Shown one piece after another: positions 12,601-27,600 of a stretch of 64,000 bases of DNA; the stretch's first letter is position 1, and every line of letters starts with the position of its first letter. Under the pieces are notes generated by a model, which worked only from the letters and a program-made list of their open reading frames with translations, was not told the origin of the DNA and searched no databases. A program made the translations under genes and the position numbers. The DNA comes from Lytechinus pictus (taxonomy: Eukaryota), in NCBI RefSeq assembly GCF_037042905.1, contig NC_087245.1, positions 6,450,001-6,514,000 on the forward strand, in the 5' to 3' direction.

Positions 12601-15600
12601 TGACCTATATGGAAGGGAATGAAACAAACAGAAGTCGGAAAATTGCAATTTGTTCAGTAATTGTTCTCATTGTTCTCTCAATGCTAATCATCCTTGGAGC
12701 CGGTATTTATGTCATCCTTTCATTCTTAGGTGAGTATATGCCCCTCATGTCCCCATGGGGGCATGAGGGGCATCTTTTCCTTTGGTATTTTACACTTATT
12801 TCCTTGATGAGTTTCGATACCAATAACTGCGTGGATCTCAGTCTAGTCTATTACGCGTTTTTTTTAATAAATATTTTCAAATGACAAGGATCAATCTAGG
12901 TGTCATAAGATTGTTCGTGCAGAATATTATTAATCACCTTTTGTTTTATTTGGGAAAATATATGCATATCTTAAGATAGAAGCGATATTATTATTAATTG
13001 TTTATCATTTATAATCCCAATTTTCTGGGTTTCTCCCTTATCCAGAATTTAATTAGCACAAAGCGTGTGGAGATCGTGTAACTTTCAATGTTATCGATTT
13101 TGCGGATCGAAAAATAATCAGAGAAATCGTCTGCTTTTCAAGTTTGCTGCTCCAAATATTAATGTTGATTGAAAGACATTCTGGAACAGGGCTTCAGCCA
13201 ACAAAATCAAATCCAGGGAAACTATTTTGTAAATAATCAGAGACGTCTTGTCAAAACATCTGTATGATTTAAATAAAATGCACTTTATGCAGTAATATCA
13301 AGCGACGGACACTAGTTGCATCATTAAATTTTTATGACTGGAGTTCCAGGGGCAACAAATTTATTCCAAAAGATGTTCATGTCTAAAGAAACTAAAAAGA
13401 AGTATGACAGTAATGTTGCCTTTGATGTCCGCCTTTCGAAGCCGCCAGTTTCATGGGGGAAATCCGAGGAGTGATTTTTAGAAATATAATCATTTTGTAC
13501 TGATATTTCATCTTTTATATCAATAAACACACTGGGATCTGAACACGCGATAAAACTTAAATATCGAAGTAAAATTGGGCCGATAAATTTGCCCAGATGG
13601 TATTAAGTAACCCTTAATTAGTAAAAAGTAAAAATTTGACCTATTATCTAAACTAGATTTTGACTCTTTTCCGATTGTTCCCGAGTCCCGACAAATGAAA
13701 ATTTAAAATGCGGTCGTTTGAATATTGTTGCTTATCATTAATTTTTATTTGTCAGATTAGTGCCCGTACCTGCCCAGTCGAGTAAAATTTTAGTCATATT
13801 CCAGGAAATATTGCATAATTTCTTTTCGCATGCCCCCGAAAAAGTAATAATAATAATAATCCGCTTTTATAAAGCGCTTAATCATGTTAATAGGCCTACA
13901 TCGGAACGACATGTCTTGGCACTTTACAGATAATGTATTGTGTACTGCTCAAGATGCAGCAAGGAAGTAGTTATCATTACCAAGGCATATTTCCGGTGTC
14001 ATGCGAGCGGGAAACTTTTGTAAGTTTACAAGGAATATTGAGCAAAGTGCAAGCCTGACATATACTTTCTGTTGGCGGCTTCGAACGTGGTTCAACCAAG
14101 GGGTTTTTACATGTTCAAATGAATTTTGTTTGACTCTTTATTTATTTATTTATTTATTTTATTTATTTTATTTCCAGACAAAAGGCAACAAGAATATATG
14201 TACAACAGGAAGAAATTACCCACCGACTAGTGCCTGGGGATGACTAAAAGAAAAACTAGTTTTCTGTTATAAGCTCTCCTCACTAGTCGGGGCTTACAAT
14301 TATACAAAAATCAAATCGTCAAAAACAGGGGCCGCGGAAGCTTTTTTCCAAAACCATGTACAAAAACGTAAAAATTACCATACGATTGTGATTTTTTTGC
14401 ATGGTCAGCCCTCCTCCCCATTTTGGAAACCGTTCCGCGGCCCCTGTAAAGTAGCGATAAATTTTTAGATGCATTACTTTTGCAAACAAAGAACTTAATA
14501 ATAAAGAGTGTTTGTTTCCATGTGCAATTATAGAATCCAGTCAATATGAAATGTTTATGCATTTAAATAAACAACGTTATGCTATTATCAGATGGTAAAG
14601 CCTAGTAAAAAAAAACAAAAACATATAATTATCATTATTGACTACATTCATAAATTATATTGTTGAAAACACTAAGATGACTTGATATATTATGATTAAC
14701 AATTACATGTGTTATGAAATTAAAATTAGAATATAAGTTTATATAATGTTGTCAAAAGAAGTGCACACAAAATACAGTGTATGTCCTTTATAGACCCTAT
14801 TCTCAATGCAAATATTCAATTGCTGTTTGAAAAAAAAAAAACTATTTTCATAAGGTTCAAAGACTAAAACATTAAAATACAAAACCATTGCATACATTGT
14901 GAGAACTTAAGGACGTTCCACAGTTATGTTTGTGCGCATCATGATCTGCGCATATTTTACACTCTGCGCGCTGACGTCACAATGGATGATCTGGTGATTA
15001 ATCAGCTGAGGTAGGTATTGTGAGCTGATTTTTCTCCTTATCTGCACTAACTGCAGATCCGATGTGTTATTTTATGAAGATAATAAACTGGAATTATTCC
15101 ATGGACCATTTTTTTTAATTCCTCTACAATTTCAAAATACTTTTCTCTGTAGTGCTGCAAAGTTTGATGAATATGACCCCGAGTTTGAATAAATGGTAGA
15201 GTGGTTCGGAATTTTTCCTCACATAGATACAAAGCTTTTGGCGCGTTTTGGGGTGTTTTAAGAAGCACATTATTTTGCTCTAATAAGAGTGCTGATAGTT
15301 TGAAAACAAGCACATGAACCCATATTTTTTAATGTTTGCACCTCTTAGGTATACCTTCCTCTACAACTTTGCAAAGTTTGGTGAAAATGAGATGGGTTTT
15401 GAATAAAGTGCAGCATTTCTTTTACTTCTCAAGTTTGTTATTGAAATTGGAAATTTTTGAGGTTGAGTATTTGTTATATTTCCCGCAATTTCTAAGAACT
15501 GAGAGTGCTGTAAGACTTAAATGAGCAAACAATTGAAAGCAATATAAATATATTATCTATCTAAAGGAAGCAATTATTGATCGTCTTGCAAAATTTGATG

Positions 15601-18600
15601 AAATTTTCATGGATTTTGACTGAGTAATAGAGCTTTAAACTCATTGTGATCTCGTGCATGAGGTCTAAAAACGTCCAATTCTTTTGAATGCGCAATTCTT
15701 AAGAACATCCATTTGGGTTAACTTTGAATCTCTATAGCAAAAAATCAAGCACATGGACCAATGTTAATTACTGCATATTTGGAATATTCAGGTGCTAAAG
15801 TATCTTTGTGCAAAATATGATGAAAATGACATGGATTTTCAATGTTTGGGAGCAAGACTACGGAACCATTCGCATTTTAGACGGTATAGACTTTTGCTTG
15901 TTTTTGGCGTATTTTGGGCTGTTTCAAGCCAACTCGCAATACTTTGGACACTGATAATTTGAAAACGAGCAAATGGACCCCGTCGTTTAAATGTCTTAAC
16001 TTCTTCAAAATATATTCCTCTACAAATCTAGAGAGTGTGATGAAAATGACATGGATTTTAAATGTTTTGGAGCAGGACTAAGGAACCATTTGTATTTTAG
16101 ACATTTTGGAAGGTATTAGACTTTTGCCGTTTTAGGCACATTATAGCTATTTCAAGCCGACTCGCAACACTTTAGACACTGATAGTTTGATAACGAGGAC
16201 ATGGTCCCCTTATTTTTGATATTTTAACGTCTTCATAATATATTCCTCTACAAAACTAGAGAGTATGATGAAAATGACATGGATTTTTAATGTCTGGGAG
16301 CAGAACTATATACGGAACCATTCGTATATTAGACAGTCACGGTATTATCAGACTTTTGCCTGTTTTCGGCGCATTTTGGCTGTTTCAAGCCAACTCGCAA
16401 CTGTTTAGACACTGATATTTTAAAAACGAGCATAATTATGGACCCCATATTTTTAATATTTTAACGTCATCAGAATATATTCCTCTGCAAATGTAGAGAG
16501 TATGATGAAAATGACATGGAATTTGAGTGTTTGGAAGCAGACCTATATGGAATCATTTGTATTTTAGACATTTCGGACGGTATTATAAGTCTTTTGCTTT
16601 TTTTCGGCGCAATTTGGGCCGTTTCAAGCCAACTCGCAACCGTTTAGACACTGATAGTTTAAGAACGAGAACATGGACCCCGTATTTTTAATATTTTAAC
16701 GTCTTCAAAATAGATTCCTCTACAAATCTAGAGAGTAGGATGAAAATGACATGGATTTGGGTTGTTTGGGACCAGAAATAAGAACCATTCGTATTTTAGA
16801 CATTATAGACGGTATTATTAGACTTTTGCATGTTGTCGGCACATTTTAGGCGATTTTCAAGCCAACTCGCACACTACTTTGCACACTATTAGTTAAAAAA
16901 CGAGCACATGGACCCCATATTTTTAACATTTTAATGTCTTCAAAATATATTCCTCTACAAATCTAGAGAGTATGATGAAAATGACATGGATTTTGAATGT
17001 TTGGGAGTAAAACTACGGAACCATTTGCATTTTAGAGGGTATTAAGAGACTTTTGCACGTTTTTCGGCGCATTTTAGGCGATTTTCATGCCAACTCGCAT
17101 CACTTTGGACACTCATAGTTAAAAAACGAGCACATGGACCCCATATTTTTAACTTCCCTACACCTTTGACATAAATTCCTCTACAATTTAGCCGAATTTG
17201 ATGAAAATGACATGGATTTTGAAAAAGTGCAGCTTACAAAATACTTTTTTAATTTTTGAGTAGATTCACGTCTTTGAAGATTTGTTTTTTCCGAGTTTTT
17301 GCACCATTCTTGCCAAATGAGGGCGCTGCTGACTCCAAAAAGATATAGTTTTACCAATTAAAATACTTTCTCTTACTTTGGTATACACTTTGTTATATAT
17401 CTTGAACATTTGATGAAGTTTGATGCGGTATCCACTGAGTAAAGATGATTTAAACTCATATGGTGAATTCGTGAGGTCTAAGAGAGGCATAATTCTCTTG
17501 ATTGCATGCGCAAGATTATCATTCAAATACGGATACGTAGAAGAAAAATAAGCATATGAACCTATATTTTTTGTATTTTCATTATAGATGCCAAAGTAAC
17601 TCTCTGCAAAATTTTGTGAAAATGACATGGACTTCATTTTAACTGTAGAACGTCCTTAAATGCTACTATAAACAAGATAATACACAATAGTCGAAAACCT
17701 TCGTGATGAAAATAAATGAAGGCTCGCGTTCATCGTCCATCTCTTCGTAGGTCCATTCCCTGATTTTGTTGGTTCCTCGTGTAATTTCGATGTTTACCTT
17801 TTTTATTATAATGAAATCTGTAATTCAGCCTTTCGGCTGCAAGTAATTTTTGTTTAATAAACCATTTCTATTCTATAAAACGCCCACATATTAACAAATG
17901 TTATCATTTTGAAAATCTGAGATTCTTCTTTTTCAGAATAGCTGGTTTGAAAAACACCAGGAAATTACAAGGTAAAAGGAATGTAAGTTGAGTAAGAATC
18001 TCTTGGCCAAGCATTGTAAAGTACGTACTACGGTCTATTGATCACAGGATAAAGAAAATCTTTTGTGAATTGGATGTGGTACGAATAGGCACATTGATTA
18101 TTCACAAATGTTTGTTACAGCATCGGACTCTTTATTGGACTGAAAATGAAGGAGGCCAGGCGACAATGGCGTTTAACCCTCGTCAATTGATTGTATTTCC
18201 CCCTTATATACCCACATATTTTCCCCACATTTATATAATTCTCAATATCAACGCAACAAAAAGCGAATGTTCACCCATCCCCTCAAGACCGCCGCTGCTC
18301 CTGCGACCCTATATATGTAAAACCACTCCCTGATGGTGAAACAGAGACAGTTTAAGTCAGCAGACGCTTTTGGAAAGCAAATGAGTAGACGTAGAAGCAT
18401 GGACCTATGAAGAGATGGCCGATTAACGCAAACACAATCAATATAATTTTTTATACACGTTATGTGCCACCATATCTGGAATATTATGGAGAAACTTGGG
18501 GAAAATAGAATTCTAAATGGTTAACAATCAATGAAAAATTTGCCTATTAAAATATGAAGACATTTCCCCAAATATACACATGGAACTAAGATCACCAAAG

Positions 18601-21600
18601 GTATAACGATCAGAACCCCCCGGGGGGGGGGGGGGGGCACTTCCATTGACGAGTGGATACCATGTGCGACCATGGGGTCTCGAAAAGCACCCTAAACACG
18701 TATTTTCCATATTCTGAAAATGCAACCATTAACAAGTATTGGCGTGTGAAACCCCACCCTTAACAAGTAAACAAAAAAGTAAACAAAACGATACTCTTAC
18801 CAAGCATTCCCTGCATGAATTGACCCCCTAAACAAGTACAGCGATATTTTTATTATGTCACGGACGTGACGTCGGTCGTCGGATTTACCTTTACCTTCAT
18901 CGTTGGGTTTAGTACAGCTCCTACATCTCGCGCAAATCGTACCTTTAACACGTATAGTGTCGACTATTGGGGCAAAAAGTACATCCTTTATAAAACATTT
19001 TATTCTTAATTTTTTACACCCTCGCAAATTTGACCCTAAACACGTAGCTCTCCTAGCGAAAATAGATACCCTTCATTATCTTAGTGTCTTTGACACCCTT
19101 ATTACGTTGAAAAAGACATCCTTTTTACGTGTTTTTTTGGTCGCGCATGGTATCCACTCGCCAATGTAAGTGGCCCCCCCCACATCGATTTCCATGATTT
19201 AAGTGATTTGTTATCAACTGCGCATACAATATGTGAATACAGTTCCGAACACGAACTGCGTCAAGCCCTTCTTACGGTAACGATTATAGGACTAAAGTAG
19301 ACAAGTATGAAGAGAATGCCATTCAGATGACAATCACGGTTACATTGTTAGTGAATTCATTATGAGACTGCATGAGTGAAGAGAGAAAGCAGAAAAATAT
19401 TAGATATAGCATGATGTCCAATAGTGCATTTTATGAGTGAACTTTAGATTTTTCCTCTTCTATTGAGTTCTTGGGAGACGAAGCCGAAGCCCGTGGGCTA
19501 GCGATAATGTTTACTTCATTTGCTAAAGCCCCAGTCACATATAGACACGGATTCTCACGGATCAACACGGCAATGCCGGCATGATCCGGGGAGGTCCGGG
19601 ATCGTTTTGCCCCGGATTGAGCGTTGATGACTGTAAACACGGTATCTACACGGCATCTTCACACGGATCTACACGGACCATGCCGGCAGAGCACGTCGTC
19701 AACACGGACCAACACGTCAGCAACACGGACCTACACGTCAGCAACACGGACCAACACGTCAGCTACAAGGACCAACACGAACCAACACGTCAGCAACACG
19801 GACCTACACGTCAGCAACACGGACCAACACGTCAGCTACACGGACCAACACGTCAGCTTCACGGACCAACACGTCAGCTCAAGGACCAACACGGCAGCTA
19901 TATTGACCAGCACGTCAAATGAAAATCTGCTCATAATAATGAGCTGATATTTATTTTATTTTTTATTTTTTCTCATCCTTGTCGCAACATTATATTATGT
20001 TGTTTTTAAAAAAAGATATCAAAACTCAAAACTTCCTTAATCAGTAAAAACGCTGTTTTTTTTTAAATACAACACAGTTTACTGTTTTAACAGTATTTGT
20101 TGAGTACTTTAAATCTTGAATGACAAATTTAATTTTGATTTGATTTGATATCACTTTATTTAAATCAGAATAAAGGAAAGAAATTTACAAAGTCAATAGA
20201 AAACATAATAAGAATTAAAATAGGCCCAGGTCATGACGCATAACTGTCGATGCAGGGCAGTAGTATGAAACTTAATATACAATTTCGATGTAACAGGTAC
20301 ATAACAAATACATATAACATATAAAAAGAATGAAATGTGAAATAATAATAACAGACAAAGTTGGGGGTAAATATTAGAGAAAAAAAGAGAAAAAGAATTA
20401 TTAATACATGCACTAAGTTTACAAATATTAGGTTGGGGCCAATCTCCACAGCGTAAGAAAGTATCCTGAATTATTCAATTATCCATTTAATCATAAATAA
20501 ATTAAGCATGTTTGTGCCAACTGTTTAACAACTACTGAAAAGTTCATAAAGTAAATAGCGTTGTAAAGATTTTAAGCCCCAGTCACATATAGACCCCGGA
20601 CCACCCCGGACCATCCCGGATATGATCTGGGGTGGTCCGGGGAGAGATCCGTGTTGGCGCCTTGGGCATCCTTGGAGGTCCGGGGTGGTCCGTGTTGGTC
20701 CTTGAACGTCCGGGAGGCCAACACGGCAGTTTTTACTGTCAAAAACATCCGGCGTCATCCGTGGACTGCCGGGTTGGCAAAGCCATCCGGGATGGTCCGT
20801 GTAGCTGCCGTGCAGGTCCGTGTGGCTGCCGTGTAGGTCCGTGTAGCTGCCGTGTAAGTCCGTGTGGCTGCCTGGAGTATCCTTGGCAGTCCGTGTTCTT
20901 TTTTCCCATCAAATCTTTACAACGCTATTTACTTTATGAACTTTTCAGTAGTTGTTAAACAGTTGACACAAACATGCTCAATTTATTTATGATTAAATGG
21001 ATGATTAAATGATTCATGATATTTTCTTACGCTTTGGATATTGGCCCCAACCTAATATTTGTAAACTTAGTGCATGTATGAATATTTTTTTTCTCTCTTT
21101 TTTTTCTAATATTTACCCCAACTTTGTTATTATTATTTCACATTTCATTTTTTAAAAAGATGTTATATGTATATAATTTATGTAATGTACCTGTTACATC
21201 GAAATTGTACATTAAGTGTTATACTACTGCCCTGCATCGACAGTTATGCGTCATGACCTGGGCCTATCTTAATTTTTATTATGTTTTCTATTGACTTTGT
21301 AAATTTCTTTCCTTTATTGTGATTTCAATAAAGTGATATCAAATCAAATCGAAATTAAATTTGTCGTTCAAGATTTAAAGTACTTAACAACTACTTTTAA
21401 AACAGTAAAGTGTGTTTTATAAAAAAACTGCGTTTTTACTGGTTAAGGAAGTTTTGAGTTTTGATATATTTTTTAAAAACAACATAATATAATGTTGCGA
21501 CAAGGATGAGAAAAAAATAAATAAATAGATAAATAAATAAATAAAGAATTAAATAAATAAATATCAGCTCATTATTATGAACAGATTTTCATTTGCCGTG

Positions 21601-24600
21601 CTGGTCAATATAGCTGCCGTGTTGGTACTTGAGCTGACGTGTTGGTCCGTGTAGCTGACGTGTTGGTCCGTGTAGCTGACGTGATGGTCCGTGTTGCTGA
21701 CGCGTTGGTCCGTGTTGGTCCTTGTAGCTGACGTATTGGTCCGTGTTGCTGACGTGTTGGTCCGTGTAGCTGACGTGATGGTCCATGTTGCTGACGTGTT
21801 GGTCCGTGTTGCTGACGTGTTGGTCCGTGTAGCTGACGTGTAGGTCCGTGTTGATGACGTGTCGGTCCGTGTTGACGACGTGCTCTGCCGGCATGGTCCG
21901 TGTAGATCCGTGCGAAGCTGCCGTGTTGATGCCGTGTTTACAGTCATCCGGGGCAAAGCTATCCCGGACCTCCCCGGATCATGCCGGCATTGCCGTGTTG
22001 ATCCGTGAGGATCCGTGTCTATATGTGACTGGGGCTTTATGGGGAAAAAGAACACGGACTGCCAATGATACTCCAGGCAGCCACACGGACCTACACGGCA
22101 GCTACACGGACCTACACGGCAGCCACACGGACCTACACGGCAGCTACACGGACCATCCCGGATGGCTTTGCCAACCCGGCAGTCCACGAATGACGCCGGA
22201 TGTTTTTGACAGTCAAAAACTGCCGTGTTGGCCTCCCGGACGTTCAAGGACCAACACGGACCACCCCGGACCTCCAAGGATGCCCAAGGCGCCAACACGG
22301 ATCTCTCCCCGGACCACCCCGGATCAGATCCGGGACGGTCCGGGGTGGTCCGGGGTCTATATGTGACTGGGGCTTAAGGGAGGTCCAGATTGCATAACTT
22401 TGGCTGAGCTCATTTCCTCGACGTTTATATCACGGAGATAAAGCTCCGTGTTCTAATCGCTTGCGATCAGTCAGGCGTATTGAATTGATGGAGCTTTAGA
22501 ATTGATCAATTTGAAACGAAAAGGATTAAATTACTATTTTTTTTTCAGCGTGAAAGGACGCGGTTAGTCATTTACGACATAACTATATTACGCCATCAAT
22601 AGAAGATGATATAACCCATATTACACAAAAATCAATGACCATTCATACGAGAATTTGTTCTGGTTATACATGTATAATTGATTTACATCAGTGGTTGAGT
22701 TACGGATATTTAATTGTATATTATTTAAAAAATCATTTAATTTGGAAATTTGCGATCAAAGCCTATTATGTGTACGGATTTCGGAAAATATCCCATAAGA
22801 GCAACTCACTGCCTTGTCTGGCGAGTGCGTGTACATTACCAGACTTTTGACACCACTATTTAATGGGATGGTCCAGGCTGAAAGTATTTATAGCTTAATA
22901 AAAAGAGTAGAATTCACTGAGCAAAATGCCGAAAGTTTCATCAAAATCAGATAAGAAATAACAAAGTTATTGAATTTTTAAGTTTAGCAATATTTGCGAA
23001 AACAGTCTTCATGAATATTCATTAGGTAGGCTGATGATGTCACATCCCCACTTGTTCTTTTGTATTTTATTATATGAAATTAGGTTTATTCAATTTTTTT
23101 ACTCCAAGAACTAGAAAAATTGGATAGACAACTGATTTAGTGCATTAGATATTCATTGCTGCAACTTATTTCTTTACAAGGGAGACATATTATTCACACA
23201 AGTATGAAATAATGAAAAAAATATGATTTTATGTAATAACATAAGAAAACGGAAAGTGGGGATGTGACATCATCAGCCCACCTAATGAATATTCATGACG
23301 ACTGTTTTCACAAAATATTGCTAAACTTTAAACTTCAATAACTTTATTATTTGTTATCCGATTTTGATGAAAATTTCGGCATTTTGCTCAGTGAATTCTA
23401 CTCTATGTATTAAGATATAAATATTTTCAGCCCGGACCATCCCTTTAAGTCCGAGTGTGTACGATATTTATATTGTTTCGTGAAAATGCGTCCATAATAT
23501 CCTGACGATTACTATATATGTTATTTGCTTCCATAAAGGTCCACTTTCTACATCTTCATCAGCGGGAACGACAGGTAATGTAGCAAATTTTGTATAACAA
23601 TATAGTGGATAACATGAATCAAAAGACTGGGTTTTATACGTTCCAAGATTGATTCAATCATCAGTTTTAATTCAAAATAGAACGGGCTATTTTGACGCCT
23701 AAGAAGACTGGGAGAGGGGGGGGGGGGGCTGATTTAGCCCCCTTATGTTCTGGGCCGTCGATCCGGCGATCGCGACTAAAATTGGCAGGCGCGTTACCCG
23801 TTGCATAACCCATTGCCAAGTACTTACATTAATTTATGCGTAAAAATCATAAGTTGGCTCTAATTAATTAAAATAATGCCCCTAAAATGCTATTTTTTGG
23901 TACATCCTGTTCATAGGATCTGATCACATGTACTTTAAGAAAATTCAACATCACATTTATTTTCTTATGTATTTTACTGTTTTCTAAATTTCTTATGTAT
24001 TTCTTTGTTTTTCGACTTAAAAAAAATCTTATGTATTTCTTTGTTTTTAGACTTTTTCGACTTTTTGTTTTTTATTGTTTTTTCAATGGAAATTGTCGGG
24101 AACTTTATTTTGACCATAAACAAGATGAAATTGGTAAATGCCCCAAAATGGTTCAGACTCTTCGTAGGATCTGATAATGAACTTTAAGAAAAATTATTTT
24201 CTTATGTATTTTATTGTTTTCTAAATTTCTTATCAGTATTTATCTGTTTTTCGACTTTTTGTTTTTTCATTGGAAATTGTAGGAAACTTTATTTTGACCA
24301 TAAACAAGATGAAATTAATTCATTTTAAGCAGAAAAGGACAAAAAATGATACATTTATAAATTTGGGATAAAAACACTATTTGCATTGGATTTGTACACA
24401 AAAACACGCTTTTTAGCAATTTTTGGGTCTGCATGCACTTACGTAATGCTGCGTAATTTCGGAACCGCGTACCCGGGGGTCACAATTTTGGTCTCAAAAG
24501 TTGCGCGAGACTTGAAAATAAATAGTCCACGCACGAGCGACGGGGTCAAAAAATTTGCGCTGCGGATTCATCGCGAAAAATGTCGAGGGGTGGGGGCTGA

Positions 24601-27600
24601 ATCAGCACCAAGTCTTATTACGATTAAGACAAGGATTATTCTTTTATTCACAATGCAAGAGTCTAAACAGTATTCAACACCATACTGGTTTTGATTCATA
24701 ATGGTGCCCCAGGTGTATTATTCTAAACCCAGATTCGTATTCAGAAGTCCAGTTTAACTTAGACCATGGTACTAGTTTAACCATTTGATGAAATTATGAG
24801 AAGCAAAATTGTCACATTTTTGTTTATATTGTATATTTCTTATGTTATCAGCGTAGTCTTGTTTTACTCCGGGTGATGTCTGATCACCAACGACTTTATC
24901 AGTATACACCCTCAAGTGTACGTGATAAATTGATACCACAAATCGACAAAATAACACTATTAACACCATAGTGTGTTTGCAATCGTTTTCACCGCCCTAT
25001 TGGTAATTTCAATACATATCGGTGTATAATATATAGTCCTCTATACTGACACTGGGCGGTGTTAGACCGAACACCAGTCTATTTATATAAAGTTTTGGTC
25101 AGAATTTGGGATTATAGAATAGTGCTTTCATCATTATCATTGTTATCGTTATCAATATCATAATCACTATGACCATTGTTATTTTCATTATATTTGTTAT
25201 TGTTATTATGATGGCAATTAATCCTATGATTATTATTTCATAATCATTATCGTTATGACTATAATAGTTATGATTATCAGTAGCAACAGTTGAATTAGGA
25301 AATGCAAATGTCAGTAAGAATGAAACATTGCCTGGTCATAATTAACGTTGATATGGTTTTATTCCAGCCCAAACTTTACTTCCAGTCACTCCAAGGCCAG
25401 TAATGGTTGTCATTGGTAAGCATATATATCCATTTTTATACTTTGGAAAAAAAGGAGGCAATACCGATTCACAAACGAAGATTTTCTTATAGTTACCAAG
25501 TTCACAATCTCCCATATACATCTTGGTTATTTTTAAAACAATCTGAAACCACTGTTTAAATTTCTAAGCTCATCACTCTAACAATTGAGTTTTCATAATA
25601 TTTTTTAACAACAGTAAAAAGATTTAACAACTTTTTTAAAATTAGATTATAAACTATATTTGTTTGAGTGACGGGCTTAAACAGGGGTTTTACATCGTAC
25701 ACATTTTCATTCCATTCAGCCAATACCCTGTATATGCTTCTGGTTATCAAGTTATAGACTTATTTAGAGAGATCAGCCGAGCACGTATGGATTTAATGAT
25801 CTTTATTTACATTTACGATACAGTAAGTATGGAAATGGGAATCAAAGGAGGATATGTCATCTGAATGGTGATACTCTTCGAAAGAGAGAGAAAGAGGGGG
25901 GGGGGGGAGTGGAGAGACAAATAAGTGGGTATACGTTTTAAGGCTTGAATTTCGTCAAAAACATACTTAAGGGCTAGTATTTACTTCATTCCAATAATGC
26001 CTTTTCTCTTTTCACAGTTGGAGTCGAATTGGGTGCAACAGTGAGCTTATCGAATCGAGCTTTCATACCTGCCTACAACAATGACTTATCACCTCAATAC
26101 CAAGAGCTTTCTCTCAACTTCACAAACACGGTCAGTTATAATTATAGTTTTCAATGCAGTTTTATTAACTATTTTTACTGTCAACCATTGAGCGTTTCCA
26201 TATACATGATTGTGTAATAGCATGCTTTTTTGTGCATATAAATATGGAAGGGTGGTGTCGAATATTCATTTTCGCCTGTTCATAATTCAGTTACCATTCA
26301 ACAATATAGGGTTAATTCAGCCATTTTGACCATGTGTGTTCAATTATTTCAAAGTAAAAAAAAAAGAAGAAAAAAAGAGAGGAGCCCACATAAATCACGC
26401 AAAATTTGCACGAGATATTGTTCTTTCAGTTGTAATCATGAAGTGCTGGATAACTAAATTATGACAACATGTGCTATAAAATTGGAATAAAATGAGAACC
26501 AATAAATTATTATATTGGAATATCTTATTTCACCATAGCACACCAGCTGCCACATCCGAACTGAATGATATACGTTGCACGAAAATTTGCATGCATCTGT
26601 CCCGCTCTGTGACGTCAGATATCTTGTCTGGCATAATCTCCTAATAACAGCGAGTAAACTTAAAAAATCTATAAACATTCAATACGAATTGAGGAGTGAC
26701 AACTTGAACATATTGGCTTCTTGAAGATTGCATTCTTCCAATTATTGTTTTATTAGTTCACTATTATTGTATCCACCTAGATAAAAGTTGATTCGTATGG
26801 ACATCGTTGGCAGGTTCTTCGACTCACAATTTGAAAACGTCTTCACCCTTTATATATCTTAATCATTATCAATTTATATAGTGCAACTTAAGCTGTTGAC
26901 AAAAATGATTTCTCATTCTTGAACAAATAATATTTTCAGATGGATGCGGTGTTTTACAACAGCGATCTGAGGGAAATTTACAACGGTTCAACTGTCAATG
27001 GATTCAGGTAAAACTAAAATCAAACTTAAACATGATGTTTATATCGAAAGGGTTATGTCAGTATTTTTTCATCGTTGAAGTTATTAATATTTGAGTGGGA
27101 ATGTATAACTAGAATTGCTATTCCTATTTTACAAAGAAGCATTAATTAGGGGGAGTTGATTTGGCCAAGTTCCCTCGAAGTGTTTCAAATGAGGTTCGTG
27201 AAGAAATATGTGTGTGACTGAGGGCGTGTGTGTGTGTGGGATGGTAGGAGTGTGTGTGTGAGAGAGAAAGAAAGAGAGAGAGAGAGAGAGCCGGGTTTAT
27301 TTTTTTTTTTTGGGGGGGGGGGGGGTATTGGTGTGTGTAAGAAGGTGAGAATGGCACTCTTTGATTTTAATAAAAAAATATCAGATGCGGGCACTCTTTG
27401 TTAACTAGATATTTTTTTTATCTTTACGATTAAATCCTCGTCTTTTTGACGAGAATTTGTTTGTACATCTTTTAATAGCAATTCTTAAGTTCCTTTGTTC
27501 TTATCAAGTGGATTGTTTTAAAATGAATTAACGCTGGATATATCGTTTTGACAACAATTGAGAATAAAAGATGAATAGAAATAAAAACGAATGTTGATTT

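Noticed and set aside
12156..12884. 242-aa ORF as a single-exon gene
   Set aside because: Non-ATG start and strong splice sites at 12245/12730; the flanking parts are intronic read-through.
19560..22366. Overlapping ORFs with TDQHVS / TSATRTN / HGPTRQ repeats, and a CRISPR-like look
   Set aside because: They are translations of a 21-bp minisatellite inside a TIR element; there are no unique spacers or cas genes, and the context is a eukaryotic intron.
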